Virus record (IMG/VR): IMGVR_UViG_3300034096_000849
Coordinates: 1-56,476 of that record
DNA length: 56,476 nt
Strand: one strand, 5' to 3'
DNA from: a virus
Taxonomy: Duplodnaviria > Caudoviricetes
Of this stretch, positions 1-9,557 are shown in pieces. Numbering within the stretch: the stretch's first letter is position 1; every line of letters starts with the position of its first letter. Position numbers and translations under genes: made by a program. Below the pieces are notes generated by a model. The model saw only the letters and a list, made by a program, of their open reading frames with translations. It was not told the origin of the DNA and did not search any database.

Positions 1-127
1 CCTGGGAGATCTCGGATCGCGCCTGGCACATCCACGACGTGCTCGGCTGGCGCATCCTCAAGGTCCACGGCGACCAAGTGCGCGGCGGCTTCGCGGGCTT
101 CCCCTGGTACGGCGTCGGCCGGCGCGC
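1..127 (+). repeat. Exact repeat of 55120-55246 (circularisation/assembly overlap), followed by imperfect homology
   Basis: Identical through base 127; first mismatch is 128 A vs 55247 G. Confidence 0.9.
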
Positions 128-401
128 ATCCGGCTGGAAGGACGCCATCCCCGGCGGCTACGACATTCTCCTGCACGGCCACTTCCACACGCCGGCCATG
201 TTCGTGCAGAACTCCTCGATCGTCTTCGCCTGCGGCTCGCCCGAGTCGAGGAACGAGTACGCTCGCTCGGAGCTGGCTGCCTCGGGCGACCCGTCGCAGC
301 GGCTTCTGTTCGTTTCCAAGTCCCACGGCGTGGTCGCGGATCACCTGCTCTGGTGCGTCGAGCGCAAGCCGTTTAATGCACGCATCACGGAGGCTGGTTG
401 A
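1..401 (+). CDS. Calcineurin-like metallophosphoesterase, C-terminal part (continues 54438.. across the circular junction)
   Basis: HGD and GHFH motifs; near-identical to the 3' end of 54438..55520. Confidence 0.85.
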   Translation, partial: WEISDRAWHIHDVLGWRILKVHGDQVRGGFAGFPWYGVGRRASGWKDAIPGGYDILLHGHFHTPAMFVQNSSIVFACGSPESRNEYARSELAASGDPSQRLLFVSKSHGVVADHLLWCVERKPFNARITEAG

Positions 402-799
402 TGGACGCTCGCCAGATCAAGGCCCGGGCTCGCGCTGCGCTTAAGGACTGGAGCGCGCGCCTTGGCCTGTCTGACTGGCACATCGACCTTGAGTTTGCCG
501 AGGGCGACGGCGGCACTTACGCAAGCAGCCTGTGCGATCCCGAGCTGCTGCGCATGGACCTCTCGTTTTTCGTGGGACTCCATCGAGCCGAGCCTCACCA
601 CATCGAGGCGACGATTGCGCACGAGCTAGTGCACGCCGTGCTGTCGCCGATCATGCACGCTCTCGACTCGGGCCTGACGCGCGAGGAGGCGATGAGCATC
701 GAGGAGCAAGCCGTCGTCCGCCTTGAACGTGCGATCTTCAACACCTACCCTGGCGCCAAGCGCGCGCGCCAGGGGAGCAGCCACAAGCGCGCATCCTGA
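401..799 (+). CDS. Hypothetical protein with HExxH motif (putative zinc metallopeptidase-like)
   Basis: TIAHELVH; homolog at 55520..55960. Confidence 0.6.
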   Translation: MDARQIKARARAALKDWSARLGLSDWHIDLEFAEGDGGTYASSLCDPELLRMDLSFFVGLHRAEPHHIEATIAHELVHAVLSPIMHALDSGLTREEAMSIEEQAVVRLERAIFNTYPGAKRARQGSSHKRAS

Positions 800-807
800 C
801 CCTGACC

Positions 808-1203
808 ATGCAACAGATCGAACCCTACCTGGAGTGCGGCGCCGCGCCTGAGCCTCACGAAGTCGAGCTGATTCAGCCTGACATGATCGAGTGCCTCGAG
901 ACGCTCGCCGACCTCTGCCACACCATTGCCCGCTCGAAGGGCTTCTGGGACACGCCGCGCAACACCGGCGAGGCTATCGCGCTGATTCACTCCGAGCTGT
1001 CGGAGATGCTTGAAGCCTGCCGCAAGCCCGGCCAATCGAGCGACCACATCGAAGGCTTCCAGGCCGCCGAAGAGGAGGCCGCTGACGTGCTGATCCGACT
1101 TCTCGACCTTTCCCGCGGCATGCAACTCGACCTGGGCCGCGCCGTCATGGCCAAGCTCAAGTTCAACCTCTCGCGGCCGGCCAAGCACGGCAAGGCTTTT
1201 TGA
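808..1203 (+). CDS. MazG-like nucleotide pyrophosphohydrolase
   Basis: ALIHSELSEMLEA...EEEAADVLIRLLD acidic helical motifs. Confidence 0.85.
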   Translation: MQQIEPYLECGAAPEPHEVELIQPDMIECLETLADLCHTIARSKGFWDTPRNTGEAIALIHSELSEMLEACRKPGQSSDHIEGFQAAEEEAADVLIRLLDLSRGMQLDLGRAVMAKLKFNLSRPAKHGKAF

Positions 1204-1205
1204 CC

Positions 1206-1613
1206 ATGAACACAGTGACCCTCATCGGCCGACTGACCGCAGACCCGAAGGTCAAGAACCAAGGCGCGGACAACTGCATCGTCAACTTCTCGATCGCCGT
1301 GAACGAGCGCTGGCGCGACGAAGGAGGCGAGTGGAAGGACCGCGCTTCGTTCTTCGAGTGCACGATGTTCGGCAAGCGCGGCGAGAGCTTTCTGAAGTTC
1401 CACCAAAAAGGCTCGCTTGCTGCGATCACCGGGAAGCTGCGCCAGGAGCGCTGGACTTCGAAGGAGGGCGACAACCGCTCGAAGATCGTTGTCCTCGTCA
1501 ACGACTACACGCTGACGGGCAAGACCGAGCAGGCGCAAGGCTCTTCACCGCGCCAGCACACGGCGCCCGCCGAGGAACCCGCGGGCGACGATTGGGGCGA
1601 GACCCCGTTCTGA
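1206..1613 (+). CDS. ssb: Single-stranded DNA-binding protein
   Basis: MNTVTLIGRLTADP N-terminus, NFSIAVN, acidic DDWGETPF tail. Confidence 0.95.
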   Translation: MNTVTLIGRLTADPKVKNQGADNCIVNFSIAVNERWRDEGGEWKDRASFFECTMFGKRGESFLKFHQKGSLAAITGKLRQERWTSKEGDNRSKIVVLVNDYTLTGKTEQAQGSSPRQHTAPAEEPAGDDWGETPF

Positions 1614-1678
1614 GCGCATGGCAGGGGGCCTCGGAGGCCCGGGGCGGCGAGCCGGCGCCGCTACCTGCAACCCGGCGG

Positions 1679-1711
1679 GGCGGCCCTGGCATCGGCTGGG
1701 GCCGCCTTCTT
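1679..1711 (+). terminator. Intrinsic terminator after ssb
   Basis: 12-bp stem GGCGGCCCTGGC-ATCG-GCTGGGGCCGCC (2 G-U pairs) followed by TTCTT. Confidence 0.6.
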
Positions 1712-1731
1712 ACCACCTACCACGCGACCAC

Positions 1732-2052
1732 ATGACAGAGATCCCCGACGGAATGGATGGCCCGCTCGAGCTGCCGGCAGAGTGGCCCGAGGCGAGTCTG
1801 CGCGCGTTCGCGGAGACTCATGACGTGCGCGTTGCCTTCGACGGATTCCTCGATGAGGCCATGAAGTGCATGCACGACCGCCCAAATCCAAATCGTCGGT
1901 GGCAGGTGTCTTTGAACGTCGAGGTGCGTTCGCTTCCCAAAGACGAGCGGACTCCGGAGCACTCGCTTGGGCTTTTCGTGCATGTCCACTGCGACGATTG
2001 GGTTGGCCCATCCCATTTCATCTACAGGCCCGAAGACGAGGACGACCAGTGA
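1732..2052 (+). CDS. Hypothetical protein
   Basis: ORF in operon, GTGA overlap with the next gene. Confidence 0.6.
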   Translation: MTEIPDGMDGPLELPAEWPEASLRAFAETHDVRVAFDGFLDEAMKCMHDRPNPNRRWQVSLNVEVRSLPKDERTPEHSLGLFVHVHCDDWVGPSHFIYRPEDEDDQ

Positions 2053-2675
2053 CTACCCACGAAGACCGCGCGCACATGATCGCGCTGGCGCAGGCGGGCG
2101 ATCGTGATGGGCTGGAGTGGCTGCACCGAGAGGCGACGCGCTACATCCAGCGCTATGCGCGTGGGCGGGTGCCCAAGCAAGACCAGTCCGACTTTGTTGC
2201 CGATGCGGTCTCCAGGACCATGATCGGGTTCCGCCGCTACGACCCCGCGCGCGGGAGCTTCTTCGCCTGGATCCACCGCGAGGCCTTCTATTGCCACATG
2301 GAGGCCCGCCGCAAGCACTACCGCGACGTTGTGCAGTCGCAGCGGGCATCCGCCCCCATCGTTGACGGGCAGCCCCAAGACGAGCTGGCTGGCATCGGCC
2401 ACGAGGACCAGAGATTCGGGTTCATCGGGTCGCTTGAGGAGTCCGAGGCCCTCCTTGCCATACTGCACCCGCGCGACGCCGAGATAGCCCGAGCCCACTG
2501 GATCTGCGATGAGCCCCGGGCATCAATCGCCGCGCGGCTGGGGCTCAACGCCTGGAACGTCAACGCCAGCCTGGCGCGGTCCAAGTCGCGACTGCGAGCT
2601 GCCGTCTTGGACCGCCTCGATGGCCGCTCAGGCCTTCCCCAGCACCCAGGCCAGAAGCTGCGTGCCCACGGCTAG
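2049..2675 (+). CDS. Sigma-70 family (ECF-like) RNA polymerase sigma factor
   Basis: AQAGDRD, YDPARGSFFAWI (region 2) and C-terminal HTH (region 4). Confidence 0.8.
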   Translation: MTTHEDRAHMIALAQAGDRDGLEWLHREATRYIQRYARGRVPKQDQSDFVADAVSRTMIGFRRYDPARGSFFAWIHREAFYCHMEARRKHYRDVVQSQRASAPIVDGQPQDELAGIGHEDQRFGFIGSLEESEALLAILHPRDAEIARAHWICDEPRASIAARLGLNAWNVNASLARSKSRLRAAVLDRLDGRSGLPQHPGQKLRAHG

Positions 2676-2918
2676 TGTCACCGCAGCGAGTATCGCCACG
2701 ACCCAGCGCAGCTTCTCGGCCGTCCGCTCGTTGGAGGCCTCGGCCCTTGCCAGGCGGGCGACCAGCCCGGCCTCGCCCTCGTTGGCGGCCTTGATCGACT
2801 GGAGCGCCTCGGACAGGTGCTCCAGGGTGTGCTTAACCCAGGCGCGCCATTCCGCGTCCTGGCGGATTTCAGCGAGGAGCTCGGGGCTGGGCTCTCCCTG
2901 CTGGCCGATCGGGTTCAT
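2628..2918 (-). CDS. Coiled-coil protein with C-terminal TM helix, putative holin/lysis accessory
   Basis: Single C-terminal hydrophobic segment; ATGA overlap with upstream membrane gene; homolog at 56034..56300. Confidence 0.5.
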   Translation of the reverse strand: MNPIGQQGEPSPELLAEIRQDAEWRAWVKHTLEHLSEALQSIKAANEGEAGLVARLARAEASNERTAEKLRWVVAILAAVTLAVGTQLLAWVLGKA

Positions 2919-3511
2919 TTGCCCTTGCCCCTGCGCAGCGTGCTGGCGACGCCGGCGGCCACGGTCGGAATAAGGAACGCGAGCCACGGCAGGCCAGTCA
3001 CGGCAGCGGCCGGCGCGGCAATCGCCTGGGCCCCGGCCTCGAGGACGGTGGTCACCGCCCCCGGCTCAGGCTGCGGGGGCTCATAGGTCACGGTCCCCGC
3101 GCCATCCGGCAGCGGCACCTCGACCGGCTTGGGCTCAGGCTTCACCAGCTCGCCGCTGGCCTGCGTGCCGTCCGGTAGCTGGATGGTCGCCTCTTGGGGG
3201 CCCACAGGCGCCAGGAGCGCATTCTGGAGCGCCTGGCAGCCAGGCAGTGCCAAGACCAGCGCGAGGGCCACCCCGGTAGCCACCGGAGCCGCGACCTTGG
3301 CCGCCGCCGCCGAGCCCGCCGGCAGCTGCTCGACCAGATCACCCTTGCCCCAGATCTTCACCGCGGCCCGGGCCAGCAAGTAGGCGATCAGGATGCCCCC
3401 GGTCCACGGGATCACCAGCTCGGGGCGATCGCCATAGACCTCCCACAGGTAAGCCAAGCCCACGGCTGCCAGGTGCATCTCAGAGGTGGTGTAGCCAGCG
3501 GTCGGTTTCAT
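2915..3511 (-). CDS. Membrane protein: holin-like N-terminus plus internal lipobox-like motif
   Basis: GYTTSE holin-like start, TM segments, LALPGC, Pro-rich linker, C-terminal TM and basic tail. Confidence 0.5.
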   Translation of the reverse strand: MKPTAGYTTSEMHLAAVGLAYLWEVYGDRPELVIPWTGGILIAYLLARAAVKIWGKGDLVEQLPAGSAAAAKVAAPVATGVALALVLALPGCQALQNALLAPVGPQEATIQLPDGTQASGELVKPEPKPVEVPLPDGAGTVTYEPPQPEPGAVTTVLEAGAQAIAAPAAAVTGLPWLAFLIPTVAAGVASTLRRGKGK

Positions 3512-3580
3512 CGTTCGGTCCGTGGAAAGGCCTCAGGCCGTGTCTTGGGTAGAGGGACCCCACCTACTAGCTTCGGACGC

Positions 3581-3964
3581 ATGGCAAACCACCCGGCAGC
3601 GCGGAACACTGACCAAACCAAGGCCACGCAGGCGCCCAAGATTCACAGCGCTTGGCTCCCCGCCGGCGTCGGCATCACCGAGTGCGAGGTGCCGCTCCTG
3701 CTCTTCATCGGCCTATACCACCGGCGCACCGGCCTATGCCCGAACTACCCAGAGATCCAACGCGCCTTCGGCTACCGGTCGAAGCGCACCGTCTTCGACA
3801 AGCTCGAACGCCTCCGCCGATTCGGCCTGCTGCATCGGCCTCGAGTTGACGCCCGCCGAGCGATCTCCTTGACCGAGCGGGGGGCCTTGTTGTGCGCCCG
3901 CATCGAAGCGCTGGCGCCAAACCAGGGCCAAACAAGGGCATTGAGCGCCACCGAATCCGCCTAA
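3581..3964 (+). CDS. LexA-type winged-HTH DNA-binding protein (no peptidase domain)
   Basis: PNYPEIQRAFGYRSKRTVFDKLERLRRFGLL...RAISL resembles the LexA N-domain. Confidence 0.75.
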   Translation: MANHPAARNTDQTKATQAPKIHSAWLPAGVGITECEVPLLLFIGLYHRRTGLCPNYPEIQRAFGYRSKRTVFDKLERLRRFGLLHRPRVDARRAISLTERGALLCARIEALAPNQGQTRALSATESA

Positions 3965-4315
3965 CTTGCCCCTGCTCGGATCGCGCCACCAAGAGACCAG
4001 CTAGCAGGTCGGGCCTGCTGGCAGCCTCCCGGATCCTCCGGCATCTCTAGCCATCGGCTTGATCTCTCAGCTCTCGTGGAGCTTGGAGCCTCTAGCAGGT
4101 GAGAGAATCTCCAAGCGCTCTCTGTGAGAGACTGGATGAGAGCATCTCACATCAAGATGGTTGTTTGATAGCCAGGAGTCTAGCTCGGAGCTTCAACGCT
4201 TGGAGCTATTCACCTTGTGAGTATGTTGATGGTATTCAGCTAGCTAATACTTCTGCAATTGAGATTGCTTGAGTGTTGGTTGATTGGCTGAAGGTGATTC
4301 TGAGCAGGATTCAAT

Positions 4316-4723
4316 ATGCTTAGTCGCGCCCGCGCATCCGAACAAGAAAACAAAGAACCCGAAGGGGGTCCGTTTACCGATCAAGAGCGTTCCGAGATCG
4401 AGCGCATGGCCTCGATCGGCCTGTCACGTGACGACATCGGATTCGTTCTCCGCCGATCGCCGAAAGAAATCGAGAAGCACTGCATGAACTCGCTCAGCCG
4501 TGGGCGAGCGATGGGCGTCGAAAAGGTCGGCGGCGCCCTGATGCGAGCCGCGATCCAATGCGAGCACGACCCGCGCTTCCTTCAGGCCGCAATGTTTTAC
4601 TTGCGCTGCATCGGCAAGTGGCGCGAGGAGTCCACGATCGACGTTCGTACCGGGCCCGAGGTGCAGACCGTCATCGTCCAGGTGCCAGGCAAGGCCAAGG
4701 CCGAGAAGGAACCCAAGCCTTGA
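4316..4723 (+). CDS. terS: Terminase small subunit (putative)
   Basis: HTH, GRAMG...AAMFYL..GKWRE pattern; directly upstream of terL. Confidence 0.7.
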   Translation: MLSRARASEQENKEPEGGPFTDQERSEIERMASIGLSRDDIGFVLRRSPKEIEKHCMNSLSRGRAMGVEKVGGALMRAAIQCEHDPRFLQAAMFYLRCIGKWREESTIDVRTGPEVQTVIVQVPGKAKAEKEPKP

Positions 4724-6048
4724 CCGAGGCCGTCGCGGAATCCGAAGGACTGGTCCTGCGCTTCAACGAGGCGCAGGGCGCGGCCTGGATGGCAGAGGAG
4801 CCGTTCGTCGGCCTCTGCTTTGGTATCCGCGGCGGCAAGACCTACTTCGGGCGCAACTGGATCGTCGACCGCGCAGTCCGCTTCCCGCGGTCGCTGCACA
4901 TGGCCACGGCCAACAGTTACCCGCAGCTCGAGCTGGTCACGATCCCCAACCTGATCGAGGCGCTAGACCAATGGGGCGTTGACTGGCGGCACATGTCCAG
5001 CAAGCGGCGCTTCGAGATCAGCACGCCGCGGGGCGTCTCGCGCATCGAGTACCGCTCAACCGAGAAGGTCCACCACCTGCGCGGCGCCGAGCTTGGGTCG
5101 GTCTGGATGGACGAGGTGCGGGACGCCAAGCGCGGCGCCCTGGACGTGATGAAGGGCCGCCTTTCGTGCCCGCACGTGGACAAGCCGCGCATGCTCTGCA
5201 CGACCACGCCCAACGGCTTCGACGCGTTCTACGCCGAGTTCGTCGGCGAAGGGCGCCCAGGGACGCACGCCTTTTTTAAGTCCACGACGCGCGACAACCC
5301 ACACCTGCGCCCCGATTACATCCAGCGCATCTACGACGACTACGACCCAGACATGGCCGCGCAGGAGCTGGACGCGGACTTCAGGGTGATGGGCGTCGGC
5401 AAGGTCTATTCCTCGTACGCACGCGAGGTCAACGGCCGAGGCAACGACTACGACGCGAGTCTGCCGCTGTGGCTGTGCGTGGACTTTAACATCGGCTCGA
5501 TGGGCTGGGCGCTGGTGCAGATCACTGGATCGGGCGAGGTCCACGCTGTCGCCGAGGTCTTCGCCCGCGACTGCACGATCCCGCGCATGGCGAAGCTGCT
5601 CGCCGAAGGCGGCAACACCGGGCGCGCAGAGTATCCCGCCTGGGCGAAGCTCCACAAGGGCCCGTGGAATCTTGACGGCGACGCGACCGACGGGCGCAAC
5701 CGGGAGACCGGCGCGAGTGATTGGAAGGTGCTCACCGATGCGCTGCGCGCGCACGGCATCGTGCCCACGGTCCACAAGTCGCGCACTAACCCGGCAGTCA
5801 AGGATCGCGTGAACAGCGTGAACGCGCTACTGCGCTCCGCCACGGGCCGGCATCGGCTCTTCCATCATCCGCGCTGCACCGAGCTGCAAAAGGACTTTGA
5901 GCAGCTTGTGTGGAAGAACGGCGACATCGACAAGGCGCGCGACCCGATGCGTTCGCACCTGTCGGACGCCGTGGGCTATCTCGTGCACAACAAGTTCCCA
6001 GTCACCGGCTCGCCGCTGCTCCAAGGCCGCTTCACCACCGCCCAATGA
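4720..6048 (+). CDS. terL: Terminase large subunit
   Basis: Walker A GIRGGKT, LRG, Walker B WMDE, TTTPNG, nuclease DFN and HLSDAVGY; TTG start inferred from TTGA overlap. Confidence 0.95.
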   Translation: MTEAVAESEGLVLRFNEAQGAAWMAEEPFVGLCFGIRGGKTYFGRNWIVDRAVRFPRSLHMATANSYPQLELVTIPNLIEALDQWGVDWRHMSSKRRFEISTPRGVSRIEYRSTEKVHHLRGAELGSVWMDEVRDAKRGALDVMKGRLSCPHVDKPRMLCTTTPNGFDAFYAEFVGEGRPGTHAFFKSTTRDNPHLRPDYIQRIYDDYDPDMAAQELDADFRVMGVGKVYSSYAREVNGRGNDYDASLPLWLCVDFNIGSMGWALVQITGSGEVHAVAEVFARDCTIPRMAKLLAEGGNTGRAEYPAWAKLHKGPWNLDGDATDGRNRETGASDWKVLTDALRAHGIVPTVHKSRTNPAVKDRVNSVNALLRSATGRHRLFHHPRCTELQKDFEQLVWKNGDIDKARDPMRSHLSDAVGYLVHNKFPVTGSPLLQGRFTTAQ

Positions 6049-7547
6049 TCGCTGACAAAATCCCCTTCACGGACGGCTATGCGCCCGACCAGCACGCCAA
6101 GCTCCTAGGGCAGGGCAGCCAGTCGCAAGGACCCGGCACGCCGTCGCTGTGGTTCCTACGCATGAGCCCGCGCTGGCCGATGATCGACGCGCTGCTACAA
6201 AAGACCGAGGGGATGCGCGGCCTCAAGGAAAAGGCGCTGCCCAAGTGGCCCAAAGAGCCGCTCGATGCGTACTTCTACCGCCTGCACCGATCGACATGCC
6301 ACGGTTTTTTTTCTGACGCCGTTGACGGTCTCTCGCGCAAGCCGTTCGAGAAGACGCTGACTCTTAGCGACGATCTGCCGCCTGGGCTCGAGGTCCTGCT
6401 GAGAAACGCAAGCGGCGAGGGCGCCTCGCTCGAAGCCTTGGCTTGCGCCTGGCTCTCGCGCGCCATCGCCAAGGGCGTCGCTCACGTGTGGGTCGATTAC
6501 TCGGCCGAGGTTCCCGCCGCGACCCTGGCCGAGCAGCACCAGGCCGGCAATCGCCCACTGCTCAAGCTGCTTGACCTGTCGAGCGTCATCGCTGGCAATG
6601 CCAACGAAGCCGGGCAGATCAAGCACCTGCGCATCCGCGACCTGGAGATCTACTCCGAAGGCTACGCCGAGCGCGAGCGGCCGCGAATCATCGAGTTCAA
6701 CCTTCAGCCTGGCGGTGGATACGTTCGCACGGTCTGGAAGGTGATAAAGAACGGAGGCGACTGGGAGAAGATCGAGGAAGGCGAGTTTTCGCTGCCCGAG
6801 CTGCCGCTGGTGACGCTCAACCTCGGACACCTTGGGCGCTTCGAGGCCGAGCCGCCGCTGCAATCGCTGGCCGAGATCGAGGCCGCGCATTTCCAGCAGA
6901 CTTCCGACCACGAGAACAACCTCGCCTCGAGCGTGGGCGGCCTCTTCTTCGCCGGCGCGAGCGAGGACGAGGTGTCTAAGGGCATCGTGCTCGGGCCGAA
7001 CACGCTCAACGCCAGCCGCGACCCGAACGCCAAGCTGACGTTCGTTGAGCCCACCGGCGCCTGCTTGGAGCGGCGCGCAGAGTGGATCGCGCGGCTCGAA
7101 AGCAAGATGCGTGAGCTGGGCGCGCGCCCGATGGTCGAGCAGGCGGCCGCCAGGACCGCAACCGAGGTGAACAGCGGCGACAAGCGCTCGCAGACGGTCC
7201 TCCAATCGTGGGTGCGGCTGCTCGAGTCGCGTCTTGTCGAGGCCCTGCGCTTCGCCGCAATGTGGACTGGCGAGGCGCTCCCCGTAGACTTCGCGGTCGA
7301 GTGCTACTCCGATTGGAACTCGACCCTGGCGCAAGCTGAGCATCTGCGCACGCTCGAAGCCGGCCGCGCGCGGAAGGACATCGACCGCAAGACCTACCTG
7401 AACGAGCTGCAACGCCGCGGCGTCCTCGGCGAGTCGGTCAACGTCCAGGAGGTCATCGAGCTTGCCGAAGCCGAGGGCGAGCTGCCGGACATGCCGGACC
7501 TCGGCGACAACCCGCCGCCCCTGGGCCAGCCTGAGCCCCCGCAATGA
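6045..7547 (+). CDS. Portal protein (DUF4055-like)
   Basis: Follows terL; LPK..E...Y..RL, PPLQSLA...H.Q..SD and TATE motifs. Confidence 0.85.
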   Translation: MIADKIPFTDGYAPDQHAKLLGQGSQSQGPGTPSLWFLRMSPRWPMIDALLQKTEGMRGLKEKALPKWPKEPLDAYFYRLHRSTCHGFFSDAVDGLSRKPFEKTLTLSDDLPPGLEVLLRNASGEGASLEALACAWLSRAIAKGVAHVWVDYSAEVPAATLAEQHQAGNRPLLKLLDLSSVIAGNANEAGQIKHLRIRDLEIYSEGYAERERPRIIEFNLQPGGGYVRTVWKVIKNGGDWEKIEEGEFSLPELPLVTLNLGHLGRFEAEPPLQSLAEIEAAHFQQTSDHENNLASSVGGLFFAGASEDEVSKGIVLGPNTLNASRDPNAKLTFVEPTGACLERRAEWIARLESKMRELGARPMVEQAAARTATEVNSGDKRSQTVLQSWVRLLESRLVEALRFAAMWTGEALPVDFAVECYSDWNSTLAQAEHLRTLEAGRARKDIDRKTYLNELQRRGVLGESVNVQEVIELAEAEGELPDMPDLGDNPPPLGQPEPPQ

Positions 7548-8608
7548 CCGACAACAAGACCGCGGCCGAGATCCTCCTGGACCAGATCATCCGGCGCCAG
7601 ATCGTGGCGCTGCGGGTCCGGGAGGGCTTCGCGCGTGAGCAGTCGCGGTTCTTTGACATGGAGTTTGCGCGGCCCCTGTTGGCCGAGGTCATGGCCAGGC
7701 TGCCGAACGTTCCGCAGCTCGGCCAGGACATCAGCGAGGCCACGAGCAAGCGCCTGGCGGCCCTGTACGAGAAGCTCGACAACATGACCGACGAGGCCTA
7801 TTCGTCGATGCGAGGTGCTGCGCAGAAGACGCTCCTCACGATCGCCAAGGTCGAATCGAGCTGGGCCGCATCTGCGCTTGCCCGATCGGTTCCGATCGAA
7901 TTCTCGTTCCAGAAGGCCTCTCCCGATTACCTTCGATCGATTGTCAGAGCGCGCCCGTTCCAGGGGAAGGTGCTCAAGGCGTGGTACTCCGAGCTTGGAG
8001 ATGCGACCAAGGCGCGCGTGCGTTCGGAGATCCAGCAGGGACTCCAGACCGGCCAGAGCGTCACGGACATCGCCAAGCGGCTCAGCGGGACCAAGGCAGC
8101 CGGCTATCAGGATGGGGCTCTGGCGATCAGCCGGCGGCATGCGGAGACGATCGCGGCGACGGCCGCCAACCACGTTTCGACGCACGCCAGGCAGGCCACC
8201 TACGAAGCCAACGCGGCGCTCATTAAGGGCTATCGGTTCGTCGCCACGCTGGACAGCCAGACCTCGAAGGTTTGCGCCAGCCTCGACCAAAAGACGTTCG
8301 AGCTGGGCAAGGGCCCGATGCCGCCGATGCACATGCGCTGCCGCTCGAGCACCGTGCCTTGGCTCAAGAGCCTCCGCGAGCTAGGCATCGACGTTGACGA
8401 TGCACCGCCAGGCGCGAGGGCTTCGATGAACGGCGCGGTCCCTGGCGACCTCAGCTTCGAGAGGTGGCTCAAGCAACAGCCTGAGGAGTTCCAGCGCAAG
8501 TGGCTGGGTCAGGGGCGATTCGAACTGTGGAGCAAGGGCTTGTCCATCGGCGACATGATCGGGCCCGGCCTTAAGCCGCTGCCGTTGTCGGCGCTGACCG
8601 CGGACTGA
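7544..8608 (+). CDS. Minor head/head morphogenesis protein (SPP1 gp7 / Mu gpF-like)
   Basis: ATLDSQTSKVCASLD...PPMHMRCRS motif. Confidence 0.9.
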   Translation: MTDNKTAAEILLDQIIRRQIVALRVREGFAREQSRFFDMEFARPLLAEVMARLPNVPQLGQDISEATSKRLAALYEKLDNMTDEAYSSMRGAAQKTLLTIAKVESSWAASALARSVPIEFSFQKASPDYLRSIVRARPFQGKVLKAWYSELGDATKARVRSEIQQGLQTGQSVTDIAKRLSGTKAAGYQDGALAISRRHAETIAATAANHVSTHARQATYEANAALIKGYRFVATLDSQTSKVCASLDQKTFELGKGPMPPMHMRCRSSTVPWLKSLRELGIDVDDAPPGARASMNGAVPGDLSFERWLKQQPEEFQRKWLGQGRFELWSKGLSIGDMIGPGLKPLPLSALTAD

Positions 8609-8754
8609 AAGCCAAACGCGGGCCAAACGCAAGCTTGGCGAGTGCGCGCCGCGCCTAAGACGGGGCAGCCGCGGCGCGTAGGCAGGGCCTTCGTTGCGCG
8701 CGGCGCTCCCGTTCTCTGCGGCCTGTGGCCGTGGGCAGTGCCCGAACGCCTCGA

Positions 8755-9543
8755 ATGTCTCTGAAACTCCAACTCGCCAGCAAAGACGGCGTGCCCGAGG
8801 GGCTCGCCCAATTCGTCAAGACCGACGGCAACGCCACGATCCTCGAGCTTCCCGATGGGTGGGGCATCGACAACGTGTCGGGTCTGCGGTCCAAAAACAG
8901 CGAACTGCTGGGCGAAGTCCGCCAGCTCAAGTCGAAGCTCGACCCGATCAAAGACCTCGATCCGTCCGACGTGCAAGCGAAGCTCGCGCGCCTGGCTGAG
9001 CTCGAGGCGCAACCTCCCGGCAGTGGCATCAAGGCCATCGAGGAGGCCCGCAAGCAGCTCGAGTCCCAGTACCGCAAGGATCTGGACCAGACCAAGGCCG
9101 AGGTGCTGACGCTGCGCGAAGAGCGCAAGCGCGCCGCGCTCGCCCAGGCGGAAGCCCAGGCGCTGCGCGAGAGCAAGCACAAGCCGCTGCCCGGTGTCGA
9201 GTACCTGCTCCGCGAGCACCTGAGCGTGCTCGAAGAGGACGGGCAGCTCCACGTCGTAGTGGTCGATCCCGCGAGCCGCAGGCCTCGCGTCACGACCAAG
9301 CCCGGCGGCTCTGGCTACATGCGCGCCGACGAGCTGATCGAAGAGCTGGCGACCAACGAGCGATTCGGCCACCTGTTCCAGGGGAACGGCAAGGTCGGAG
9401 CTGGAGTCACGGGACGCAACGGGGCTGCTGTGCCCAATCCCTGGATGAAAGGCCAGGTGAACGTCACGAAGCAGATGGAGCTGATGAGCACAAACCCCGA
9501 CCTCGCCAACCAGCTCAAGGCGCAAGCCGCTTCGAGCAAGTGA
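8755..9543 (+). CDS. Capsid scaffolding protein
   Basis: GLRSKNSELLGE coiled coil, C-terminal NPW..GQVNVTKQ; directly before the capsid gene. Confidence 0.8.
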   Translation: MSLKLQLASKDGVPEGLAQFVKTDGNATILELPDGWGIDNVSGLRSKNSELLGEVRQLKSKLDPIKDLDPSDVQAKLARLAELEAQPPGSGIKAIEEARKQLESQYRKDLDQTKAEVLTLREERKRAALAQAEAQALRESKHKPLPGVEYLLREHLSVLEEDGQLHVVVVDPASRRPRVTTKPGGSGYMRADELIEELATNERFGHLFQGNGKVGAGVTGRNGAAVPNPWMKGQVNVTKQMELMSTNPDLANQLKAQAASSK

Positions 9544-9557
9544 CCACCTACTGACAG

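Noticed and set aside
1-401. True direct terminal repeat of the virion DNA
   Set aside because: Identity breaks after exactly 127 bp and starts mid-gene; more consistent with an assembly branch
6195-7544. Long antisense ORFs (also 9315-10721, 12964-14739, 18020-20110, 38719-40161, 45867-47528, 49562-50974)
   Set aside because: Shadow frames of real genes in high-GC DNA; no motifs
9481-9490. CTGATGAG in the scaffold gene as a third hammerhead core
   Set aside because: Coding (L-M-S), with no properly placed GAAA or flanking stems
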